Source: Microthyrium microscopicum | Taxonomy: Eukaryota | DNA: 64,000 bases | Assembly: GCA_010405405.1 (NCBI GenBank) | Contig: MU004230.1 | Location: 3,072,627-3,136,626, forward strand | Direction of reading: 5' to 3' | Part shown: piece after piece, positions 1-11,134 of the stretch | How positions within the stretch are numbered: the first letter of the stretch is position 1 | Layout: every line of letters starts with the position of its first letter | Notes under the pieces: generated by a model | The model's input: the letters and a program-made list of their open reading frames with translations, nothing else | What the model was told of the DNA's origin: nothing | Databases searched by the model: none | Made by a program: the position numbers and the translations under genes

Positions 1-3000
1 TTCGCTAATCTTCTGCCTATTATGATCCACGCAATCCAGGATCATTTACTCATGATGAGCATATAGTACTCCCGCATAGTATGCATGTCATCCGGCTGCC
101 TGTCGTTCAACTATGGGCCTGTCTATTGGCAAAACTGGTCTTATCTTTTTGATATGTACTCCACATCTTGTTGTGTTACTGAGCTACTTTTCGAGCCCTC
201 AATGTGACTTGCGTATCGGTGAGATGCCTACGGCCAATTTTTAAGTTGGTCAGATCACTTTGACATTACCACATACATATACATATTCATACACAAATGC
301 TTTACCCCGTCATATTACCTCGCAGAACTTTCGATTTGGGGGGTTTCGACTGTGCACGGGTCCCTCACCTTGACAACCCCTACGATGGGTACAAATACGA
401 TGACACTCACCCTGGCTGCCACGAGCCATCCGCTGAAATACAGTCCATGGAACCGTGGTAACGGAGTTGTGCCTCAGAAATGATTGCTCATCTGCTTGCA
501 GTACACTCGGATACAAATGTAATCTTTAAGAAAGATCACATCCCGTTTCATGAGTCTGGTACTCTCTATACATACACACCCTCTCTATCGTTTCTTGTCG
601 TCAGTCTACTCACTACCCTATATCTCTCATTCGCTAATACCTTCAATTGAATCCTTCTGGCCTCTATACACCTATCTCATACCTGACCTCACAGCATCAT
701 GTGCGATTACACACAAGTCGAGTACGCCTGTGGCCATTTAAGGTACACTGTCAAGGCGTGGTGCGTAAAATATCAAGAAACCCACAAGCGTTGTCCAGCA
801 AATGTTATTGCAATGTAAGTACCTGCAACCTCCTACAATACATTTCAACGCTGACACAGTAATAGAGAATACAGGCTAGACGAAAAGTGTGGTGAGTCTG
901 ACACCGTTTCGTCTTCCAAGACGCTACAGATTCATGACACAAAAGCTTACCAAAACCAAAGGTGATTGTCGCGATACAGCTTCATGTAGAGGTCCATCAT
1001 GCACTTCTTCGACTTCCAGGTAAACGGACTCCCTGTGCCTCGCATTTGCGCGCATTGCAAAAAAACGATTATTGGCTTCTTGCTTTTCTTCGCATCGCAC
1101 GCTTGCTGGCACTATAAAGAAGGGCTATATGAGAGTCATGTTTGGGGGGATTACAGCGTATGGGACGCCCTCATTTCTCAGAAGCACCTGCACTTTCACA
1201 CCACATCCTTCGTGTTACTTTTTGATATATTTTCAGCGTTGGACAAGTCATACTAACGTATTACCTTAGATATGCCCGAATGTACAAGAGGTACTGAAAT
1301 CCACCTTGTCACATGAAAGCCGCTACCCTTGTTACGCAACGATCGGGTTTGTGTCACCATCCATGGAGCAGCGCTACCATGCGAATCATCTATATTTTCC
1401 GTAATGTCGACAGCGCGGGTCCGCAAGCTCTTCCCTTCTTCTTTTCTTCTTCATTGGTACTTAGCATTGGCAAGGACGTCAGGGCGCACAAAAAACAAAG
1501 GCATCTCGGTATTTTAGAGGACTGGACTATTTTGAGGTTCAGAAACGTTTTTTTGTTTTGTGAAACATTGGGATATCCTGCTTCGTGGGGAAACAGGCCA
1601 CTTGCATGGAATATGGCGTTGTCAAAATCTTGACATCTTTTACTTCTGATGGGACTGAGATTATCGCTTACCATTCTTAGACCGGAAGGTTACAAGCGTT
1701 GTACATAGGTCACTTTGGCTATGGCCACGGCATACGCGAGATGAATCAATGAAAGCTCGTGATAATTGAATAGATCAACATGAATGATGCATGTCAAAGT
1801 GAGGTACAACCTAGACCTGGCTAGATTGACTTGTAAATATTTCGGAATTACCTGCGCCCTGTCTCAGGCCGCGCGCGTTTGTATCAGTACCCGCTTTATG
1901 ACCTATACGGGGTTGGTACTGGACCAAATCGGTCGCTGTCCACGTTTACACAAGTCTTGGTATCGTTTGAACGCATCTGATTCGCGGCTTAAGTTCCTAA
2001 TCTGTCGACATATCCGCCTCGCAAGGCTGTATGTACCTGTAGGCAATTCTTCATTGGCATAAGTTATGACCAAAGCTTCGCTTCGCTATCAAGAACAAGG
2101 AATAAAAATATGAATTGCAGCCATACGCTTTACCGAACAACGTGCCGAGCGAAGACTGTAGAATAAAGTGAAGCCAATCATTTGCATAGTTTGTTATTCG
2201 AAAGCAATAAGGTTAGATGTGCAATCTAGGTTTTATATATCACGAAACCCAGTCCTATATCCTGCCCCATCTCCATGCGGCAAAAGTAACCATTCACGCT
2301 AGCCCTTTCGCACCTACTATTATTACCAAAAGAAGTTTCTAGTTGCCATCATGTGTACTGATTCAAAAGCTCTCTTGTTTGTGATATGCCTTAGATGATA
2401 GATGAAAACTTCAGGACGGAACATTTTCTTGAAACTACCTTGTACGGTTCAGAAATCTCTCAATCAACTCTTTCATAACACATTTAGCTAAAGTTGAGAT
2501 CTTACAATACAATATGAGGTCATTTAATCATGAGTTGTCATGTCCGATATCCCTCTCACATGCAAACCCCCTGAGACATGGACCCTTGTGCCCACGAGGC
2601 TCAACGTCAGCGCTCGTACAGTTCATAGATAAATCGCCTTGCTGGGTTTAGTCTTAATTAGTCAATCGATCCTGTGGTATCCCGATGCCATGGTATGGGT
2701 GCGGGTCGAAGACGAGGCCGGCTAACCTTCTAGAATAATGGCGCAAGATGATCGTTTAGATTGTGCTCCTGTGGATCATATTTGCCAAAGCCTAGTAATA
2801 TTATACCAGATCCATTCTAAGACTATGAAATGGTTAGACGACCACACCATCATTTGCAGACGTATAAGCAAGACACTGATAAGAACTGAAATGTATTTGG
2901 ATATCATGTTTGTTATACCAGAATCATTGGTCAAGCGGCCCCCATAACCTGTAGCGAAACCCCCAATCTGCACCGAAAAGCGCTTCCAGGTCCCGCCAAA

Positions 3001-5386
3001 TTACCGAGCCCGTCCAATGTCAGGCTGAGTGGAAGCTGCTGACCGTAAAGGTAGGCTAATCACGGACGGGCTTTGAAGCTCCATCTTGACATTCTTTTCC
3101 ACGATTCTTTTTCCTTGATAGATTACGGCAAATTCTAGCGCCGATCCCACCACATTCATTTCTAGAGAGAACTCAATCCGTTTGTATGGCCTATCTTGGG
3201 TATCCTTGAGTGTCGGAAAGTTCGTAGGGTCGAGAAGCTCCTTAATTTGACACAGTGATTTGACGTCCGATGTTCTCCGGGTGGGAGCGTCTGGCAGGTC
3301 GCAAGTGTATATTGTGAGACGGAAGGCTAATTTTCCTTGGTCATTGAACTCTGTCAAAAGATGCTCTTGAATCCATGGCTTCAACACATGGTGGTCTGAG
3401 TTTATCTCGTCGCCCTGAATGACTGTCAGATATCGGTCACTATATCGCACGTGAAAGGCAAGACTTACCTTGTGAAGATACCATTGCATCTGATTTCGTG
3501 CTCGGAAGTGCCCATCGTAAGGGGACTTCCACTTGTCTTCTTCGCGGTGCACACCGTCGACAAAATCTGAATTGAATCTGATACCATATGATAATCTTGA
3601 TATGCGACTATCAACTTGGATTCCCGGAAGGTTTGACAAAGTCAGAGCTCTGTGAACTGCACCACGACAAATAGCTGTCCATGGTTTTGCTCCACTGGAT
3701 TTGTAGACTTCGATATCTCGTCCTTTATTTTCTGCCTTGAGAAGCTTGAACAGATATTGACAGCTTCCCAAGCCACCGACGAGAACAACAGCCTGATATT
3801 GATTAGTAGACGACAGGAATGTCCACTCAGAGCAGACTTACCTTTGGCCATTTCTTCTCTTTTTCATAAATCTGCCGTATTTGGTCATTCACCAAAGCTC
3901 TTATTTGAGATGTGACATTCTCAAAGATTTCCTGAACATGGCCCCTAAGTACTGTTTAGTAGTGACCAAGGAATCACGAGAAGAGCTTACCTCGACAAAC
4001 GCAAATATGGCTCCCGACCTTGAGAACATTCGTAAGGCAACGTCACACTCCATGTCCTCTCTGAACCATCGAATCCTCGCTTGATACCATTCTCCCATTC
4101 CGTGTTCATCATCTTCTTAATGCTAGCAGCGTTGATGTTATCCCATGTCTCTTCACCGACCATTTGCTGCATCAATTCCACAAAATCTTGATCGATGAAA
4201 ACAGCGCCACATAGTTTTCCTGGAGTAAAATTAGTTGATGCCATGCTAGGTGTGATTGTATGGAGCATTGTACCTTTTCCTTCAACACACTCTTTGAGTT
4301 GCATTGGACTAGCTCCATGAACCTTATAACTAATCAAATCCTTAAAAATGTCAATAAAAGGTTGGGTATTTGCAGGATTAATGAGGACTTACCACAGTAC
4401 CACCTCCAGCATCGCAAACCACAAAGCAGTCCCCAGCATTGAAATTCGGTCTTGCCTTCATGTCCTCGAACGTAGCCAGAGCAGCAGCTTCAGGCTCAGA
4501 GACAAACGCTAAAGTGGTTTCACCCGCCAATCTGGGCTCAAGCATACCAGCAAGCTCAGCAGCCTGTCTCATCTTGCGGATAGCGCTCAATGTCCAGACT
4601 GCCGGCACGGTAATTACTACACGAAACGCAGTCCCTTCAACGGCACTTTCTCCCATATCTTGCTCAATGGCGGCAATTGTGTGCTTCCACAGGAATCTGA
4701 GGTAATCTGCAACTGCTTGTGTTGCCGTCCTGCCCACTTTTCTGAGCAGTTCTCGTGCGCGCTTTACTTGTGCAGAGTTCTTGGTGTTCGTCTCCATATC
4801 CTCATCATCCAGCAATAATAGTTTGAACCATTTCACGGCCTCCTTATCTGAGGGAATGCCATATCCCCAGGTGACATCTGCCGCGTCTGGAGCGGTCGGC
4901 GCATTGGCATCTCGTGCATTGTAATGGATTTCAGTTGGCGCTTTCTCTTTGTCACTATTCATATACTCATATGATTCCCAGTTTGTGACAGTTTTGATAT
5001 CATCTGGAGCTTCCGATAGTGCCCATGCTACCCCAGAATATCTAATCGTTGTTAGCTGTGTTTTTATTACTCTTGATCCGCAGCACTCACGTTGTCCCGA
5101 AGTCGATGCCAATGGCAACGAGCGCTTCTGGTTCCTCATCAGTCACCCCTGGAGCAGGAGTTTGATATACGCCTGGCGGAGGTCCTGGAGGTGCCATGTA
5201 TGGCATATTTTGGGGAGATACTGGAGACGCAGGGTTTCCAAGCGGTGGAGGTACTGTAGCTACCGAATTGAAGCTTCTAATGCGCCTGGGTTGATTTCCG
5301 GTGCTACTCAGTCGACGATGGCCGAGCAACGGGGGTGGTGGTGTTGTATCTCCCGGTTTACGGTCACGAATCTTGTTCAGCACCAT
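3001..5386 (-). CDS. Atypical Hsp70 (HSPA12-like actin-like ATPase), 7 exons, ~693 aa, Pro-rich N-terminal extension
   Basis: Exons 5386-5091, 5041-4393, 4340-4274, 4219-3991, 3944-3842, 3792-3469, 3414-3001 total 2082 nt, in frame, joined by GT-AG introns of 46-54 nt. Motifs: GIDFGTTYSGVAWA (phosphate 1), VVITVPAVW, SEPEAAALA, VCDAGGGTVD (phosphate 2), VVLVGGLGS (adenosine). Confidence 0.92.
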
Positions 5387-5598
5387 TGAAGCTTGGGGAG
5401 GATGTTTGCAGCCTTGTTATTTGATAGCACGGATACTCGCAGGTGGTGGACAGCTGATTTGGGTTATTGGGATGAGATATGAGGTCTTCAGGAGAACTGG
5501 TGGGAGCTTGCTCCTTGGTTTTCAGGAGTTCATCTAGAGATTCGGAGAATGATGTATTCTCGACTACCAGTTCAAAGCTCTCGGCATAAAAACAAAGA

Positions 5599-7706
5599 GG
5601 CTTAGCAAAGCTCCCTCGAGCGCAGTCTGGTCGTTCTCTTGTTGAGCCTCAGCCTGACCAGTCGTGCCAATCCGATGGCCAAAGTTGGCCGGCCTCGAAC
5701 ATGCAGCTCCGCACTGCCGTCGACCTCTTGAGTCTTCGGCATCGCTGGGCATCCAGAACTAGATTGGTCTGAAAATACAACGCCCCTTAGTTGCTCTCAC
5801 AATCGATAAACAGTGGGGCGTTGATGCATGAAACAAGACTAAAACCATCCGTCTGGAGCTTCGAAACCCTGCCGGCATTAGTCATCTTTCCTGCGCCTTG
5901 TTCACCATGGATTCGCGCCGGTTTTCTGGTAATTCTACACCATTAGGGAGAATATGAAGAGGCCTCAAGCGCCTACTCATTAGTCTCGCCGATATCCTCT
6001 TTGGTCAAACTGCAACCACCATCCAATGAGGGTCACGAAATCATCTCCATTGCACACATGCCGACCTTTGAAGGGGCTGTGCAGGCAAACCGGCCTCAAG
6101 ATGCCTAACTCTAGTGCATGACAGCATCTTTCACAATCCGGGCTGAGTTATAGATGCAGGCAGGATAAGAGATAAATCAATAGATCGCGGTAAACCGGTT
6201 GTAAAAATGTGAACGCCCGGCGTCCAGAAGGCAGACACATTCATCCAGTCCCCAACGAACACCCAAGAGCTCCCTATCTATTTCTGACTTTGATTGCTTT
6301 AAGCATAGAAAAGTGACAATGCAGGTCGCAAGCGACAATGATGAGCCTTATAACATGATCCTGCTCCTTGGACTCACGGGATCAGGAAAATCATTCTTCA
6401 TCAACAAGTTGGCCAAGGACGCTGTGATTGAAGGCCCAGGATTGAAGTCAGGCAAGTCGGATACTGAAGACAGAAAAGAATCGTTGCTAATACCCTGCAG
6501 AAACGCAGCGATGCAAAGTCGTGCGCATGAAAGTGGGCAATCAATATGTCGCCATCGTCGACACGCCTGGCTTTGACGACACCAAACGGACAGATGCAGA
6601 GATCTTGGAGGAAATTGTGCAATTCTTGGTTTTCCAATACACGCTTGGAATTCCGCTCAAAGGAATCATATATATGCACAGAATCATCGATGTCAAGATG
6701 CAAGGAACCTCGCAGAGATACTTCGAAATGTTCCGCAGGATTTGTGGAGAGAAGAATTTTCCTAATGTTGTGCTACTTACCACTATGTGGGATCAACTGA
6801 AAGACGAGGGCGTCGGTTTGCGCCGAGATCAAGAACTTCGTGACGATTTCTGGAACAAGATGGAGGAGATGGGTTCACAGATCCGCAGTTTTGACGGCAG
6901 TGAAGCCATGGCCGAAGCTATCATCTGCCGCTTGATGCGCAAGAAGAGTATCGTACTCGACATCCAACGGGAATTGGTTGATCAAGACATGGCTCTAGAT
7001 CAGACAAACGCGGGAAAGTTGCTGCTTCCCCGGCTGGAGGATCGTATGAGGGAGACCGCAGTCACTCTTAGAACTTTGGATGCCGATATTTCTAGTTCCC
7101 ATAACTCGAGAGATGTGGCTCGAAGGAGCCAGTTACTCCAGCAGCGCGCGGAGGTTTCTGAACGAAGGGAAAGGGATGTACGAAGTCGCGATCGTTTAAA
7201 ATCCAAGCCGGCCAGAGAACTAGCCCCGCAAATTGAGCAAGCGAAAAATGCCCGTCTAGAGAAATGGAGGAATCGCGTTCAGATCTTTGCGGCATTACTT
7301 GGATTAGCCATAACTGCAACGGTGCAATTGATCTTACCTCTGGCCGGCGTTGCGATAACTTGATCGTGTAAACTACATAGTACTGTCGGTGGGCAATGCT
7401 ACCTAGGAATACAAACCGAACTTCATCACAATTACCGTTTATGGATGGAAGAACTTTTCCTAGCCAACTAAAATTCTATATAATTATTCGTGAGGCCTGC
7501 ACATCGAAGTAAGAAAGGGCTCATCAACCGCTCCAAGGTTCCAAATTCAGCGCGGTGCAGATGTAAACTTCCACTTCGCTCAGGGAGGGCGGCAAGCCAA
7601 GAACATCAGGCTGAGTACTCTAGCAAGTAGGCTGAGTATATAAAAGCATATATTCCGCGGCTTTAGAGGGAACCTCTCTATATGCACCAGGCTACTGACA
7701 CAGCCT
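5599..7706. promoter_or_regulatory. Repeated C(T/A)(C/A)AGCC motifs (Crz1/CDRE-like) in the intergenic regions upstream of the Hsp70, GTPase and coiled-coil genes
   Basis: CTCAGCC or its reverse complement GGCTGAG at 5648, 6141, 7609 and 7630; variants GGCTTAG at 5599, GGCTGTG at 6075, CACAGCC at 7699; TATATAAAAG at 7637. The span also contains the GTPase CDS. Confidence 0.4.
6319..7363 (+). CDS. P-loop GTPase (AIG1/GIMAP/Toc34-like G domain) with coiled coil and C-terminal hydrophobic anchor, ~331 aa
   Basis: Exons 6319-6451 and 6501-7363 joined by a GC-AG intron. G1 GLTGSGKS, G3 DTPG, G4-like TTMWD; C-terminal IFAALLGLAITATVQLILPLAGVAIT. Confidence 0.88.
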
Positions 7707-7806
7707 AATGAGAAGTACACTCTCTAATAAATTCCAAACCCCCGCCCCGAATTCCAGGTCTCTGGCATGTCGACTAGCTTAGATCTTCTGCTCCTCCAAA
7801 GTTGAC

Positions 7807-9238
7807 ATGCCACTGATCAAGTCGAAGAAACATGATAGCAAGAGCATGGGAACCAAAAAAAGTGAAAAAGACCTCAAAAATCATCATGACGTTCCAGTGA
7901 CCTCGGCTGAACCTGTCGAGGCTGGTTCCAGAACCGATCCAGCAAGTGAACCATTCAGCCCAGAGAGGCAAGAAACTGAGCCTATGACCGAGAGCTCCAA
8001 AGAGAGAGCGGATGAAGACCTAGAAGAAAAGCCAGAACTCGTCCCGAAGGATCCTGCAAGAGACTCTTCGCATGCTCCGATAGATAGAACAAGCTTTGGA
8101 CTCGGACCAAGGACTGGTACAGGCCAATCTTCAATCATTAATGAGCAAGTTAATCTTGAGCATGATCACCAACAACTACTTGCCCTTCATCAACAAGCTT
8201 TGGACGAGAAGCGTGGCCAAGAAGACTTGGTGGAGCACTACAAAAATCAATATCAACAACAAGTGGAACGGAACAAGCAATTAGAGCAGTCCTGGAAGAA
8301 AGCCACGAACGAACTACGCAAGTTCAGACAACAAGGACCAGTACACAAAGTTGATGACGACTTCCTCAAAGGACTTTGGACGAGCATACGATATGACTGT
8401 CGAAATTGGGCGTCAACTTATTGCCTGGGTGGCCAGCGAGTCGTTGTCACAGAGGAAAAAGTGACCAAACTCTTCAGTGCTTTTACTCCCGAGTTCATGA
8501 AATACTTGAGATCAGCACGGCTACGATCATCTTTGATTGAAAGCTTCCTGATACATGAGCTCTTGTTTAAAGTTCTCACCCGCACACTTGGTCCTGGTCT
8601 GCTATGGGCCGGCCGCCATGGGCAAGCGCTCAAATCTCTACAAACATATCTCGAGCCAGGTATATAACTCGATTGTTAGCCAAGCACTCCGATGCTGACT
8701 TATTCTAGCGCGAGATATAATAGACACACCGAGCTTACTTGTAGACAAAACATTAAAACCAGCAGATGTCCAAGAGTATCATGCCTGGCGAGCAAAAACC
8801 GCCATGCTCCTGTCCGAGAAAGTGTCTGCAGAGAGCGTCAGCCAGCGCATAAAAGAAGTCGTCAACAGCCTCTCCGATGACCTCGGAGACTTTGTAGTAA
8901 ACAAGAAGCCTACCCATAAAGACGACCTTACCTCTATCGTCAAAAAGGCTGTGGAACTCGATCAAGAAATTCAAAAGTCCAAAGCCATCTTCGCATTTCA
9001 GTCACTGTATAACCCAAAGTCAGGGGAAAGCTATGGCTTCTATTTCAATACTCAGCTGATGGAGTCTGAGTCTTCTTATGGAGAAGCTACAACGGACATG
9101 ATTGTCGAGCTGGTGGTAGCTCCGTGTTTTCATAAGATCGGAACAGGAGATGGCCAAGGTTATGACCAAACGTCGATGTTGGCGAAAGCTTCAGTAGTTT
9201 GTGCGGAAAGCAGGAAGAAAGCGGAGCGGATGCAATAA
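7807..9238 (+). CDS. Coiled-coil protein of unknown function, ~460 aa, with possible GrpE/Mieap-like C-terminal domain
   Basis: Exons 7807-8659 and 8709-9238; the GT-AG intron 8660-8708 (branch GCTGAC) joins two ORFs in frame. Disordered N-terminus, Q/E/K heptad region, C-terminal VELVVAPCFHKIG...MLAKASVVC. Confidence 0.82.
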
Positions 9239-9874
9239 AGCCTTCTTTTCTTTCTCGTGATGTTAATGAGACAATGTCCAACCACCTCTTCCAGGTGGAA
9301 GACGCGGTAAGGTTCCAAACTACATTGACTGTATCTGCTTCATCGTAGCAAGGTATGCATCCGAGTCGAGCTTACAAGACGTATACAATTTGAGAAGCCA
9401 AAAATGTTACAGTGATAACTTGATTCCCATTATTCCGCATGCCAATTTGTTATTCAATTTTCTTCCATTGCGCCAGCCATAAAGTTGAATTTTGTACGAT
9501 AAGCCGCTACTCTAAAAGATACTCTCAGAGCTCCCAAAAAATAAAGATTAATGGTGTTGTGGTCATATTCAATGCACGAATTTGAATGGGCAGTCATGGC
9601 CTAGGAAAAGAGCCCTTTTGCCGTTCCACAAGGGGGAACCTCAACTCCACCACAAATACACAATCCACCACGATTGCGCTATCAGTGCCGACAACTCCTA
9701 TGCAGTCTTCTTACCGCGTCTTTATCGCGATATCAGCTATGTCTCCTCTAATTTGCACCTGACGAAAGGCCAAAGACTATCCGCCGGGCAGTTCCCGAAA
9801 TCCGTAAATCTCGCACGAGCCGATTACCTCAACCTCCATTGACCTCCACGGTACCTCCACACCTGCCACTGGTC

Positions 9875-11134
9875 ATGGTCCTCATGGAGCGTTTCTCCCA
9901 GCTAGCCTACCGTGGCATATCTGCCGGCAGTTCAAATTTCCCTCACGTATCTCGTTCCTCGACGCGCGCCTTCCATCTACAAACTCCTGTAAAATTCAGC
10001 TTCCGACCGCGATGTTCTGAGCAGCAGTTCGTCCGATTGCCCACGCGGCCAGAGCCGCGCCCACGCAAGCCGCCTAAACAGCGATTTCGCCGGCTGCTCG
10101 CCTGGGCAAGTAGACCAAACTTCTACTATGAAGCTGGAGGTGTGGCGTTGATACTCGGAGGGGCTTATGTGTACAATCTGGAGACAATTCCCATCAGTGG
10201 AAGAAAACGCTTCAACATCGTAAGCCCCGAAAAAGAGCGAGCGGTTGCGGACCAGATATACAATGCGTTAGTGGAGCAATATAAAGATGTTTTCCTTCCC
10301 GTGGATCATCCGCAGGTCATCCGCGTGAGGCGCGTTCTGGCACATCTCATGAATGGATTAAAAAAGATGGAAGAGGAAGGCGATGTGACGCAAGGTGGTC
10401 AGAAAGACGCCGTTACTGCTGGAAGTGCTCCTTGGAGTAAGGAAGAAGGTTTGGATGGTTGGACAATACATGTCATTGATTCTCCTATAACGAATGCTTT
10501 TGTCTTGGCTGGGTAAGCACTTTGATGGTGAAAAAATCGCTATGCTGGAGGCGTGCTAACCAACAACTAGAAACAAGGTATTCTTTTTCACGAAGATTCT
10601 AGAAGTATGCGAAAACGATGCTCAAGTTGCCACGGTACTTTCTCATGAGATGTCACATGCTTTGTGTCACCATACATCAGAAAATATGAGTAGGAAAAGA
10701 ATCTTCTGGACAGTGCTGGTCCTCTTTTCCGTCCTTATAGGCGACTTCACATTGACTAGTGCGTTTGCAATGAACTTGCTTTGGCAAATGCCAAAGGGAA
10801 GAGAACAAGAGTCTGAAGCCGACCAGATTGGGCTTCAAATCATGGCTGCAAGCTGTTATGATCCAGAAGAGTCTCTCAGATTTTGGAATAGGATGAAACG
10901 TGAATCAGGGGTTCAAAGAACAGTTCCACTCTTCCTCTCGACCCATCCAGATGATGCCACAAGAATACGACAACTAGAAGGATGGTAAGTGCACATATCC
11001 TGATTTGTGTGGCTTCAACTCACTAGCTGCTTAGGATGGAAAAAGCACACAAGAGATATAATGCAGCAGGTTGTTCCCGCACTGGATCATTGCTACAACT
11101 GTTTCGAGATACATCCGGCCCGACTATAATTTGA
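9875..11134 (+). CDS. OMA1: Peptidase M48 family mitochondrial metalloendopeptidase (OMA1-like)
   Basis: Exons 9875-10512, 10571-10984, 11035-11134. Arg-rich presequence-like N-terminus, TM segment, NAFVLAG, HEMSH zinc motif, ESEADQIG, FLSTHP. Start could be ATG 9884. Confidence 0.85.

Noticed and set aside
338..401. GGGGTTTCGACT...AACCCC, possible tRNA T-arm or hairpin
   Set aside because: No cloverleaf or A-box could be built; only short terminal complementarity.
1..3000. Several short ORFs (60-106 aa) at the window start
   Set aside because: No recognisable motifs or consistent splice structure; treated as intergenic.
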